Assembly (NCBI GenBank): GCA_036609835.1
Contig: GCA_036609835.1_4358.1
Source of the DNA: a phage
DNA length: 44,717 bases
Reading direction: 5' to 3' (one strand)
Shown here one piece after another: positions 27,385 to 34,831 of the stretch (the stretch's first letter is position 1; the number at the start of each line of letters is the position of its first letter). The notes under the pieces were generated by a model. The model worked only from the letters and a program-made list of their open reading frames with translations, did no database searches and was not told the origin of the DNA. Position numbers and translations under genes: made by a program.

Positions 27385-27678
27385 TTATTTATGACGCCAG
27401 ATGTATTGTCGTCTCTGCGGTTTCGATGGAATATCATCGTATCCCAGCGATTTCCAGTAATTAAATAACCGATTAGCGATTGCCGCGCGTTCCTGTGTTT
27501 TAAACTCTCCCAGGTTCACGGCCCTCCCGTTCTGGAATCCGCAGGCGCGTACCGCTTTACGTCTGGCCTGGACCTCGGGGTACAGCGCGTTACGGCGACG
27601 CTTGTATATCCTGGTGTTTGTTCTCGGTGACAGCGGCGCAATGCCGCTGCGTTTCAGGATGTCAGTTGCTAGTGACAT
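27385..27678 (-). CDS. Basic protein of unknown function (possible DNA-binding), 97 aa
   Basis: ATG 27678 with GGAGA RBS; Arg/Lys-rich (IYKRRRNALYPEVQARRKAVR). Confidence 0.45.
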   Translation of the reverse strand: MSLATDILKRSGIAPLSPRTNTRIYKRRRNALYPEVQARRKAVRACGFQNGRAVNLGEFKTQERAAIANRLFNYWKSLGYDDIPSKPQRRQYIWRHK

Positions 27679-27880
27679 TGCGATACTTCTCCAGAATCTC
27701 ACCTACCCTATCGTATGCGTATTCGTCCGGTATTAATCCGTAACCCAGGTCATTGTCCAGCTTAACTAACATATCGAGGATACCATTCAGATTGGCTTCA
27801 AGTTCCTTATAGTCTTCGTACGATACAAACACCCCTGCGCCATCAGGTTCACCCGTATAATAGTTATATCTCTGCACCAT
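27662..27880 (-). CDS. Hypothetical early protein, 72 aa; paralog of 27880..28155
   Basis: Starts MVQRYNYYTG and contains VSYEDYKELE, matching MVQRYETYG and VSYEDYAKLE in the adjacent ORF. Confidence 0.5.
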   Translation of the reverse strand: MVQRYNYYTGEPDGAGVFVSYEDYKELEANLNGILDMLVKLDNDLGYGLIPDEYAYDRVGEILEKYRNVTSN

Positions 27881-28155
27881 CACTCCACCCCTTCCACATG
27901 TGTAATTGACCCACAGTTCGCGCACTCGACGTAATCAGGGTACTGGCCTTTGTATTTCTGTAACTCGGCTTCCGCTTTTTCTGCCCGTGTCAAAAAGCTG
28001 AAAGCGTCATTGAGTATCTGCACACGCCACGCCATGAGTTCACTGAACTTACGCTCAAGTTTCGCGTAGTCTTCGTAACTTACAAGATTACCCGCATCAC
28101 ATTTGTAAACTTCCAGCTCCCAGTCAAACCCGTATGTTTCGTATCTCTGTACCAT
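27880..28155 (-). CDS. Hypothetical early protein, 91 aa; paralog of 27662..27880, with Cys-rich tail
   Basis: ATG 28155 after AGGAGAAG; C-terminal YVECANCGSITH. Confidence 0.5.
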   Translation of the reverse strand: MVQRYETYGFDWELEVYKCDAGNLVSYEDYAKLERKFSELMAWRVQILNDAFSFLTRAEKAEAELQKYKGQYPDYVECANCGSITHVEGVE

Positions 28156-28157
28156 AA

Positions 28158-28361
28158 TCACTTCTCCTGTTTACCAAGTCGCTTAGGTGAGCAGATAGCG
28201 CGTACCTCTGAATCGTTTGGCTTGTCGCCCTGGAACAGGAAGTGCGCGTTCTCTGCGGCGCGTGCCGCTGACTGGCACGCCTCCATCGAATAAAACGTTT
28301 CTGATGCCGCTAGTTGCATCTGGCCCGCCGACAATACCCAGATAAATAAGATGCTGGTCAT
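28158..28361 (-). CDS. Small protein with signal-peptide-like N-terminus, 67 aa
   Basis: ATG 28361 (ATGA overlap); MTSILFIWVLSAGQMQLAAS then hydrophilic domain. Confidence 0.45.
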   Translation of the reverse strand: MTSILFIWVLSAGQMQLAASETFYSMEACQSAARAAENAHFLFQGDKPNDSEVRAICSPKRLGKQEK

Positions 28362-28717
28362 GCTAATTCCCTGCATTTCTTGCACACCAAATAATCCTCG
28401 TCGGCATCTAGCACCCAATCATGCTCACCTATTTGGCAACCGGATTGCTCTGTCTTAACCCCACTCTCGACCTTGAAGACTTTACCTTTCTCGTCGAAAT
28501 ATGCGGTAGACCATCTATGCACACCCGCCGCCATGTCAATTTGATGCTGTAACTCGCTCTGCAACTCAGCCACCAGCGCCGACGCATCACGTAACTGATT
28601 CTTAAGTGACAGCACCTCATGTGCCAGGTCTTCGCACTGTTGCTTGTATGGGTGGCTATTTACGTGCTGCCGTAACTGGTCAATCAGGTACTCGAATACT
28701 TCGTTTTTAGTGTTCAT
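28358..28717 (-). CDS. Hypothetical early protein with C-terminal Cys/His cluster, 119 aa
   Basis: Helical N-terminus; C-terminal CQIGEHDW...CKKC. Confidence 0.5.
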   Translation of the reverse strand: MNTKNEVFEYLIDQLRQHVNSHPYKQQCEDLAHEVLSLKNQLRDASALVAELQSELQHQIDMAAGVHRWSTAYFDEKGKVFKVESGVKTEQSGCQIGEHDWVLDADEDYLVCKKCRELA

Positions 28718-28866
28718 ATTCTTCGCTCACCCCGTTATAGACGCCGTTGTAGTCCCCGTCGCAGATGAACGTGTAGAGCATATCTTCGTACTCGTCCTGC
28801 AACTCACCTAAAGTTACTTCGCTATAATCTTTCATCTTCTGTCTCTCCTCTAGTTTGTGTAAATGA

Positions 28867-28895
28867 ATAGTAGCCTATTCTATCTTAGTGTGCAA
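28867..28895 (-). promoter_or_regulatory. Sigma70-type promoter TTGCAC-N17-TACTAT (minus strand)
   Basis: Reverse complement reads ttgcacactaagatagaataggctactat. Confidence 0.55.
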
Positions 28896-28964
28896 GTAAA
28901 TTTTATTGGTGTTTGTATTGTTGCATCTCCTGCAATAGTCGCTTCGATTGTTGCGTTTGGTGAA

Positions 28965-29009
28965 ATAGAACAAAAATGAGAAAAATGATACGCTGCTGTG
29001 TAGCAGCGT
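28965..29009 (-). terminator. Rho-independent terminator separating two leftward early units
   Basis: acgctgctgtgtagcagcgt perfect palindrome followed on minus strand by a T-rich run. Confidence 0.55.
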
Positions 29010-29043
29010 AAGTCACAAAGCCAAATAGTAAACTATTGACCTG

Positions 29044-29229
29044 TTACACCTCCGGCGGCTCAGGTAACGGCATCCAGTGCGTTATATCACCGTGATATAA
29101 ACTCTTTGCAGGCCCCCAGTAGCCATCTGAATTAACACGCATAACCTCACAACCGACAAAACCATCAGTTACAAGAACGTATTCATAAGGCTCCGGCATC
29201 CGCTCGCTACACTTAATCCACTCGCCCAT
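29044..29229 (-). CDS. DUF551-like small protein, 61 aa
   Basis: GAGGTGAG RBS; C-terminal DITHWMPLPEPP resembles the DUF551 signature as recalled. Confidence 0.5.
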   Translation of the reverse strand: MGEWIKCSERMPEPYEYVLVTDGFVGCEVMRVNSDGYWGPAKSLYHGDITHWMPLPEPPEV

Positions 29230-29232
29230 ATC

Positions 29233-29376
29233 TCACCTCGTATTCATCGCATACTGCACACCAGCTTTCCACATCCGCCACGCGAGACGCGTCTTAGCGC
29301 TAAGGTACTCGTTCCGCGAGCCCTTGTTGACAGGCAGACCATCTGCAACGGCCCGACGTTCAAATGCTTCTCTCAT
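29233..29376 (-). CDS. Small hypothetical protein, 47 aa (not in ORF track)
   Basis: ATG 29376 in ATGA overlap with upstream ORF; stop 4 nt before DUF551 start. Confidence 0.3.
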   Translation of the reverse strand: MREAFERRAVADGLPVNKGSRNEYLSAKTRLAWRMWKAGVQYAMNTR

Positions 29377-29528
29377 ACCAGAACCTCGCATTCATCCCGA
29401 TACACGAACAATAATGACCCTTTGTACTCAATCATAAAACCATAATGGTTGCTGCTGAACGCCAGAAAAACATCACCTACCGAGATACCGAAATCTATAA
29501 GCCTGCGGTCAGTTATACGGATTCGCAT
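29373..29528 (-). CDS. Small hypothetical protein, 51 aa (not in ORF track)
   Basis: ATG 29528 preceded by GAGGGAGG RBS. Confidence 0.35.
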   Translation of the reverse strand: MRIRITDRRLIDFGISVGDVFLAFSSNHYGFMIEYKGSLLFVYRDECEVLV

Positions 29529-29585
29529 TAACGGCAACCTCCCTCAGAGTCGTCGGCACGAGCATCATGATTAGATGCCGTGGGT

Positions 29586-29804
29586 TTATTTAAAGTAGAT
29601 AGCAAATTTCTTGTAACCCGCTGGCTCGTTACGAAGTCCTTTACCGTTAGCGAAACGTTGTACGTTAACAAAATCATTTTCATCCATTCCGTCGGTGTCG
29701 AACGTAAAGAAGTTGCGCTTGTTCCCGATAATTACGCGCTCTGAGATATCGATGCCGTAAACTTCTTTGATTGCGGAAACTACGCTTGCGGTCGCTTTGT
29801 TCAT
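29586..29804 (-). CDS. First leftward early protein, unknown function, 72 aa
   Basis: ATG 29804 about 35 nt downstream of promoter 29839-29867; AAGGAA RBS. Confidence 0.55.
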   Translation of the reverse strand: MNKATASVVSAIKEVYGIDISERVIIGNKRNFFTFDTDGMDENDFVNVQRFANGKGLRNEPAGYKKFAIYFK

Positions 29805-29838
29805 TTCTAAATTCCTTATGTCTCGTTTCGATAAGTGA

Positions 29839-29867
29839 ATAGTATCCTATTATGTTGGGGTGTGCAA
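29839..29867 (-). promoter_or_regulatory. Leftward early promoter TTGCAC-N17-TACTAT with AATAG-N4-CTATT palindrome
   Basis: Reverse complement ttgcacaccccaacataataggatactat; near-identical to plus-strand promoters at 8627 and 18180. Confidence 0.6.
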
Positions 29868-30225
29868 GATAATAGTTACGTTGCCGTTGTGATTCTTCGG
29901 GGAGGGTTGTGCCTTTATTCTTATTACTTGGTAACTAAAGGGCAGGCTTAAGCCTGCCCAATAATCGTTACATTTTTACGGTTGCGAATCTACGGCACAT
30001 TAAGAAACAGTAGATATTTCAGCGGGTTACTTCTTTAAATGAGATTTAGATACACTTATCCATAAACCCCAAGGCAAGCATCTCAGCTGTCTGGGAGGGG
30101 TTGACGAATCCCTCGGGGAGGGTTCGTCAACTCCGTAATATATACAAGTCCCAAAACCATTATACAAACATGTGTCAAGAACTTTCAATAACATTTTTGT
30201 AAAGATTAAATATTACAGAGATTGG

Positions 30226-30254
30226 TTGCTTTTACATTCCCGCTATCCTATACT
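30226..30254 (+). promoter_or_regulatory. Rightward early promoter TTGCTT-N17-TATACT
   Basis: ttgcttttacattcccgctatcctatact about 30 nt upstream of ATG 30286. Confidence 0.45.
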
Positions 30255-30285
30255 CAGTTTCACCAAACAAACAGGAGATATAAAA

Positions 30286-30468
30286 ATGTCGCATTATATG
30301 ACGCAGAATGAAGTAGCTGAACGTATCGGGGTGACACGTCAGACAATTAATAACTGGTTGCGCAGCGGCAAATTCCCTGACTGCTGTATTAAGGTTATGG
30401 GCCGCCGTTTACCGGGAACATTTGACCGTAATAAAGTCGAAGCATGGATTAAGGAGAACGTGAAATGA
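30286..30468 (+). CDS. Small HTH DNA-binding protein (AlpA/excisionase-like), 60 aa
   Basis: ATG 30286 after AAACAGGAGA; MTQNEVAERIGVTRQTINNWLRSGKFP is a classic HTH. Confidence 0.6.
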   Translation: MSHYMTQNEVAERIGVTRQTINNWLRSGKFPDCCIKVMGRRLPGTFDRNKVEAWIKENVK

Positions 30469-30755
30469 AAGGCGTAATTTTCCACAATAAAGCAGAAAAC
30501 GAAGTGTATATGGTTCACTCCGTGGCCGGAGAGTTCGCTTTATGCTTCAATATCTCTTGCCATCTTGATACCTACCGGCCTTTCTGCGTAGAAACAGAAA
30601 TGAAGCTAATTAGCTTACGCCAACTAAGCACCATGTCGGCATCGCTTAACGTAAGAGATAATCTCGAGTATATCGACTTCTATTTCGGCGATGATTTGGT
30701 CGAGGAATATTTTGAAGAGTATAAAAATTTGCTGGAAGGGTTGGCTAAACGGTAA
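30465..30755 (+). CDS. Hypothetical protein, 96 aa
   Basis: ATGA-coupled to upstream HTH gene. Confidence 0.5.
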   Translation: MKGVIFHNKAENEVYMVHSVAGEFALCFNISCHLDTYRPFCVETEMKLISLRQLSTMSASLNVRDNLEYIDFYFGDDLVEEYFEEYKNLLEGLAKR

Positions 30756-30824
30756 AAAGAAACCCCAGCGCAAGAACGTCGGGGCTAAAGTACAAATCAT
30801 CAAAGTAAGCATAAGGATTATACA

Positions 30825-30953
30825 ATGACAAAGTTAATAGTTCCACAGCTACGCCGCCAGAAACACGGCGCTGACTTCTTCGCACCGGTAAAGATGAACC
30901 GCGCAATGCGCCGTATGCAGGAAGCCTTAGAACGTGCGGAGAAAAAGAAATGA
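30825..30953 (+). CDS. Small basic protein, 42 aa (not in ORF track), coupled to primase-helicase
   Basis: ATG 30825 after AAGGA; stop overlaps primase ATG (ATGA). Confidence 0.3.
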   Translation: MTKLIVPQLRRQKHGADFFAPVKMNRAMRRMQEALERAEKKK

Positions 30954-33190
30954 ATATTGTTTTTGCAACGCTGCGCAACACATTCGATAAAAACCCTGTA
31001 GCGCGTGAGATGCCGCTCGAGCAGTTTGTGGAGTATGTCTGCGATACATCGAAGCGTTTATCCGTGGATCCGTCGTGGTCTAAGGAAGAGTACGACGCTG
31101 CCAAGATTAAGCAGAAAGCTATTGCGCCTGTTGGGGGTCGCCGTAAAAACGCTATCCTGGAAGACAGTGTGGTTAAGTTCGATTTTGACCATCTCAACCG
31201 TACTCAGTACCGCGACCTGACACGCAAATTCAAGAACGCGCCGTTCTTCAATATTCTGCACACAACGGCATCGCATCAGCACGCATGTAAAAACGGAGAT
31301 TACGCTTTCCGCGTTCTGGTTCCGGCTCGCACGCCGTTTAACTCTAACGACGCGTGGATGGTCCAACGGGCTATTTGTGCAGAGTTAGAAATAGATGAAG
31401 CCTTGCGTGACCACTGCACGGAAGACGGCAACCGCCTTATCTATCTGCCACATAGAGAGTCAAAGATAACGGTTACAGAAGGGCGTGTTATCCGTGCTGA
31501 GCGGTACATCAAGAAAGCCGAAGAGATGGGGTTGCGTAAGCGTGAGGCTAAAACACTTGCCGCTGATGAGCATGGGCTTAACGCGGATATAGCGCATTTC
31601 TGCGAAGCCGAGCTTGGCCTTGACGCTTTATCTTCCGGGCGCGGGTACGAAGTCCCATGCCCTAACGAACATCTGCATACAGGCAAAGGCTCCACAAGCA
31701 TCATGCTTGATGGTAAAGAAGTGCGCTTTGTGTGCCAGCATACAAACAACGGCGCTTGCACCGAGCTTAACCGCCGACAGCATTTGGCCCTGCGTATGTG
31801 CGGCCTGCCAGACGAGCTTAACGTAGACAAGCAACCTATCAGTATTAACAGCATTCGTGCGGCTCTGCCTGATTTACCGGATGAAGAGATTGAAGAACTG
31901 CACCGCACAGAGAACGAGGAGCCTATAACTTGCAGCCTCGACGACCTGGAAGACGACGAGGACTCAGAGGAGGACGAGTTACCGGAGCCGGTAAAGGCTG
32001 ATTTCGTCGTTGAGGGGTACATGCCGTCGGATTGTATCTGGGATATCGTCGGTGAGTCTGGCACGTACAAATCATTCTATACGCTGGGGATGATGTATCT
32101 CAGCGCCGCCGGGTACCGGTTTGCAGGCGCTGATACCCAGCGTTGCCACCATTTCTATATTGATGGTGAAGGTGGTGCAGCTACACGCACACGTATCGAT
32201 GCGCTCGCGGCTAAATATGGCGAGGAAGGTAAAGATTATGTACATGTCATCGATATAGGCGAAATACTCGCTACGCATGGTGATAAAAAAATTCCAGCTC
32301 TAATCCGCAGGATGCGCGAAACCGCAGGGGATGAACCTATTGGCATGGTTGCCTTCGACACCCTTAACCAGACGCTGGCCCTGACGATTGATAAGTTCGA
32401 CGAGAACAGTTCATCAACGGCAATCGGTATGGGTAAAGTTATCGCCATCCTGAAAGAAGTGCGCGATGCAACTAAAGCCGCTGTCGGTGTCGTTCACCAT
32501 ACTCCGAAGGGCGGAAAGAAAGCCCGCGGCAGTGGAGCATTGTATGCGGGTGTCGACGTGGAACTGACGATTGAACGTGCAACCGACCGTCAAATAAACG
32601 TATACCACTCGAAATTTAAGCACGGTCCGCAACAGAAGACGGTTGGCATGGTACTGGAGTCTGTACAGTTCCGTGAAGCACCGCCGCCGAAAGAGTACCG
32701 CGCGGTTGAGTTCCTCGGTAGCACAGAGGAATACGGCACAATAGTAAACCTCGACCTGCCTGAGCCGCACAAGGCGCTTGTATTGATGCCGTGGGGCTTC
32801 GAGCCATTCAAGACCGACGAGGAGAAAGAGCGGGAAGAAGGGTTGACGAAAGAAGGTAAGCAAAAAGTAAAGGAAGAAGTTAAACGCGGCAGGGATGAAG
32901 TAAGGAAGGAGTCAATACTTTCGGCACTGGAAGACCTGCAACAGTCAGATGACACAGGTCGCGGTTTTACTCAGCAGCAGATAGTGGCTCGTTCCGGTGA
33001 CTTCTCTGTGACTAACACCCATCTTGATAAAATGTTGAAAGATGGAGAACTAATGCTTGGTTGCGATGCTAACGGCGAAGTAGTACCGAGAACATATCGT
33101 ATACCCGAAAGAATAGGGGATAGATTAAGGCCGAAGACACTATACGAACCAAATGAGATGCTGGTGGTGACAGAGGAGGATTTGGAATAG
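30950..33190 (+). CDS. Primase-polymerase (AEP-type) fused to RepA/DnaB-like helicase ATPase, 746 aa
   Basis: DxD (KFDFDHL) and sxH (TTASHQH) primase motifs; Walker A GESGTYKS and Walker B MVAFDTLNQ. Confidence 0.7.
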   Translation: MNIVFATLRNTFDKNPVAREMPLEQFVEYVCDTSKRLSVDPSWSKEEYDAAKIKQKAIAPVGGRRKNAILEDSVVKFDFDHLNRTQYRDLTRKFKNAPFFNILHTTASHQHACKNGDYAFRVLVPARTPFNSNDAWMVQRAICAELEIDEALRDHCTEDGNRLIYLPHRESKITVTEGRVIRAERYIKKAEEMGLRKREAKTLAADEHGLNADIAHFCEAELGLDALSSGRGYEVPCPNEHLHTGKGSTSIMLDGKEVRFVCQHTNNGACTELNRRQHLALRMCGLPDELNVDKQPISINSIRAALPDLPDEEIEELHRTENEEPITCSLDDLEDDEDSEEDELPEPVKADFVVEGYMPSDCIWDIVGESGTYKSFYTLGMMYLSAAGYRFAGADTQRCHHFYIDGEGGAATRTRIDALAAKYGEEGKDYVHVIDIGEILATHGDKKIPALIRRMRETAGDEPIGMVAFDTLNQTLALTIDKFDENSSSTAIGMGKVIAILKEVRDATKAAVGVVHHTPKGGKKARGSGALYAGVDVELTIERATDRQINVYHSKFKHGPQQKTVGMVLESVQFREAPPPKEYRAVEFLGSTEEYGTIVNLDLPEPHKALVLMPWGFEPFKTDEEKEREEGLTKEGKQKVKEEVKRGRDEVRKESILSALEDLQQSDDTGRGFTQQQIVARSGDFSVTNTHLDKMLKDGELMLGCDANGEVVPRTYRIPERIGDRLRPKTLYEPNEMLVVTEEDLE

Positions 33191-33199
33191 GTAAAAAGA

Positions 33200-33218
33200 A
33201 AGGGGCTTTAAGCCCCTT
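33200..33218. terminator. Hairpin terminator between convergent primase and regulator genes
   Basis: aaggggctttaagcccctt. Confidence 0.55.
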
Positions 33219-33423
33219 CACCGAACGCCAGCCACTTGGCGTCTACTTGCAGCACTTCCGCCAGTTTGAACAGCGTTGCCGGGCGGACGTCCTGAGTTAC
33301 TCCAAGTGCCAGTTGGTTAATCGCGCCCTGGGAAACGCCGGTCAGGGCCGCCAAACGGCGCTGGGAGATGCCGAGTTCTTTACGGCGTTGTTCTACACGG
33401 ATACCTAGTTCAGATGGTTGCAT
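33208..33423 (-). CDS. XRE-family HTH transcriptional regulator (Cro/CI-like), 71 aa
   Basis: QRRKELGISQRRLAALTGVSQGAINQLALG is a canonical XRE helix-turn-helix; divergent from rightward promoters. Confidence 0.7.
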   Translation of the reverse strand: MQPSELGIRVEQRRKELGISQRRLAALTGVSQGAINQLALGVTQDVRPATLFKLAEVLQVDAKWLAFGEGA

Positions 33424-33487
33424 GTCAATTACTCCTTAGTCAGTTGATATGTGAATAGTACCATATTAATTATTTTAGAAAAGCCCA

Positions 33488-33516
33488 TTGACATGTGAAT
33501 AGTTCGCTATTATAGT
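33488..33516 (+). promoter_or_regulatory. Rightward promoter TTGACA-N17-TATAGT with AATAG-N4-CTATT palindrome in the spacer
   Basis: ttgacatgtgaatagttcgctattatagt; a second related element (ttgatatgtgaatagtaccatat) lies at 33443-33465. Confidence 0.65.
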
Positions 33517-33544
33517 TAGCCCATACCAAACGAGAGGGGCGGAT

Positions 33545-33772
33545 ATGAACACAATAACGGGAGCCATAGCTAAAGGTTTTCTAGCAATTTTCGGAGAATC
33601 GCAGGAAGTGTGCACAAAACATAAATTTGTACTTTCTTGCGTAGTAGGGGACGAGTTTGATGGGTTCGATAAACTTGTTGTCTGCGACCATTGCGGGCAA
33701 GAAGCTATTCAACACCCAAACGGTAAATTTGAATTAATAGACGATAGCCTTACAGAAGGCGACGGCGAGTAA
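33545..33772 (+). CDS. Small Cys-containing protein, 75 aa
   Basis: GAGAGGGG RBS; C...C and CDHCG cysteines suggest metal binding. Confidence 0.5.
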   Translation: MNTITGAIAKGFLAIFGESQEVCTKHKFVLSCVVGDEFDGFDKLVVCDHCGQEAIQHPNGKFELIDDSLTEGDGE

Positions 33773-33796
33773 CCCAAATAAACAGGAGAATAAATA

Positions 33797-34315
33797 ATGT
33801 TAGAGAAATTCTTAGTATTACTGGAACGTTTCGTAGTTGCGCATGAACTGATTGCTGCGAACAGTGCACGCCGTACTGAACTGCCGAAGGCTATCACGGC
33901 GCCATATGGTAAAGACGTCGACAGTGGTGTCGCAGAAACTGCAACAATCACGCCTACTGTTGTAAAAGAAGAAACAAAAGAAATCCCGGTCGAGGGTGAA
34001 GACGTAGTTGACACTAAACCGGCAGAAGAAGAGAAGCCGAAACGCAAGCCGCGTAAAGCTAAAGTAGAGGAACCTGCGCCAGAACCGGAAGAAGAGAAAG
34101 AAGAAGTCGATTACAAGTCTCTGCGTGACCAGATTCAGGCCATCGACGATGCAATTAATGAAGGTCCTAGCGATGCCGCGTGCGATGATTCTGATGAACT
34201 GCTGGAAGAGTTCACCGGCAAGAAAATGAAGATTGCCGCGATTAAAGACGAAGACCTGGCTGAATATCTGGAACGCCTGACGGCAATCAAGAACAAGTAT
34301 TTCGAAGAAGAATAA
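33797..34315 (+). CDS. Strongly acidic protein of unknown function, 172 aa
   Basis: AAACAGGAGAA RBS; C-terminal half dominated by Glu/Asp (EEPAPEPEEEKEEVDY, DDSDELLEEF). Confidence 0.55.
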   Translation: MLEKFLVLLERFVVAHELIAANSARRTELPKAITAPYGKDVDSGVAETATITPTVVKEETKEIPVEGEDVVDTKPAEEEKPKRKPRKAKVEEPAPEPEEEKEEVDYKSLRDQIQAIDDAINEGPSDAACDDSDELLEEFTGKKMKIAAIKDEDLAEYLERLTAIKNKYFEEE

Positions 34316-34322
34316 CTATCCC

Positions 34323-34341
34323 GCGGCCTTCGGGCCGCTTT
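34323..34341 (+). terminator. Hairpin terminator / attenuator
   Basis: gcggccttcgggccgc followed by ttt. Confidence 0.45.
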
Positions 34342-34358
34342 AACCTAGGGTCGGAATT

Positions 34359-34562
34359 ATGGCTATTTTAGCTAAGAAAAGTGGTCTTATGATTTCAGGG
34401 CGAGTTATAGAAGAAACAGATAACTTTGTATGCTTCCACGCGACAGATAACAAACGTCCTACGTATGTACAAAAGTCGGATAAAACACAAAAAGTTTTCG
34501 ACGGCGATTTTTCTATCGAAGATGTTTTCACGTGGATTAATTCTGCGAGGGTAAAGAAATGA
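34359..34562 (+). CDS. Hypothetical protein, 67 aa
   Basis: ORF with downstream ATGA coupling. Confidence 0.45.
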   Translation: MAILAKKSGLMISGRVIEETDNFVCFHATDNKRPTYVQKSDKTQKVFDGDFSIEDVFTWINSARVKK

Positions 34563-34831
34563 TTTACCAACTCTACCGCGCCGTTGACAGGCGGGATAGC
34601 GCAGAGGCGCTATGGCTATTGCGCGCGCCGTCCGGTGCGCACCAGATGGAAGAGATGGCTTACTTAGGCAAAGTACCGAGGCCTAAAGATATAGGCCGCC
34701 ACGTGTCGCAGATTAAGCGCACGACTTTCGCCAAGCCAGACTTTTATGTCTTTGAGTCGATGTATGGGTGGGCTATGCACTGTGACCACAAGACACGACA
34801 TTTAATTGACCAGTGGGAGAACAGGGTATGA
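34559..34831 (+). CDS. Hypothetical protein, 90 aa
   Basis: ATGA-coupled on both sides. Confidence 0.45.
   Translation: MIYQLYRAVDRRDSAEALWLLRAPSGAHQMEEMAYLGKVPRPKDIGRHVSQIKRTTFAKPDFYVFESMYGWAMHCDHKTRHLIDQWENRV

Noticed and set aside
31441-32070. 209-aa minus-strand ORF
   Set aside because: Antisense to the primase-helicase gene; Ser/Cys/Arg-rich.
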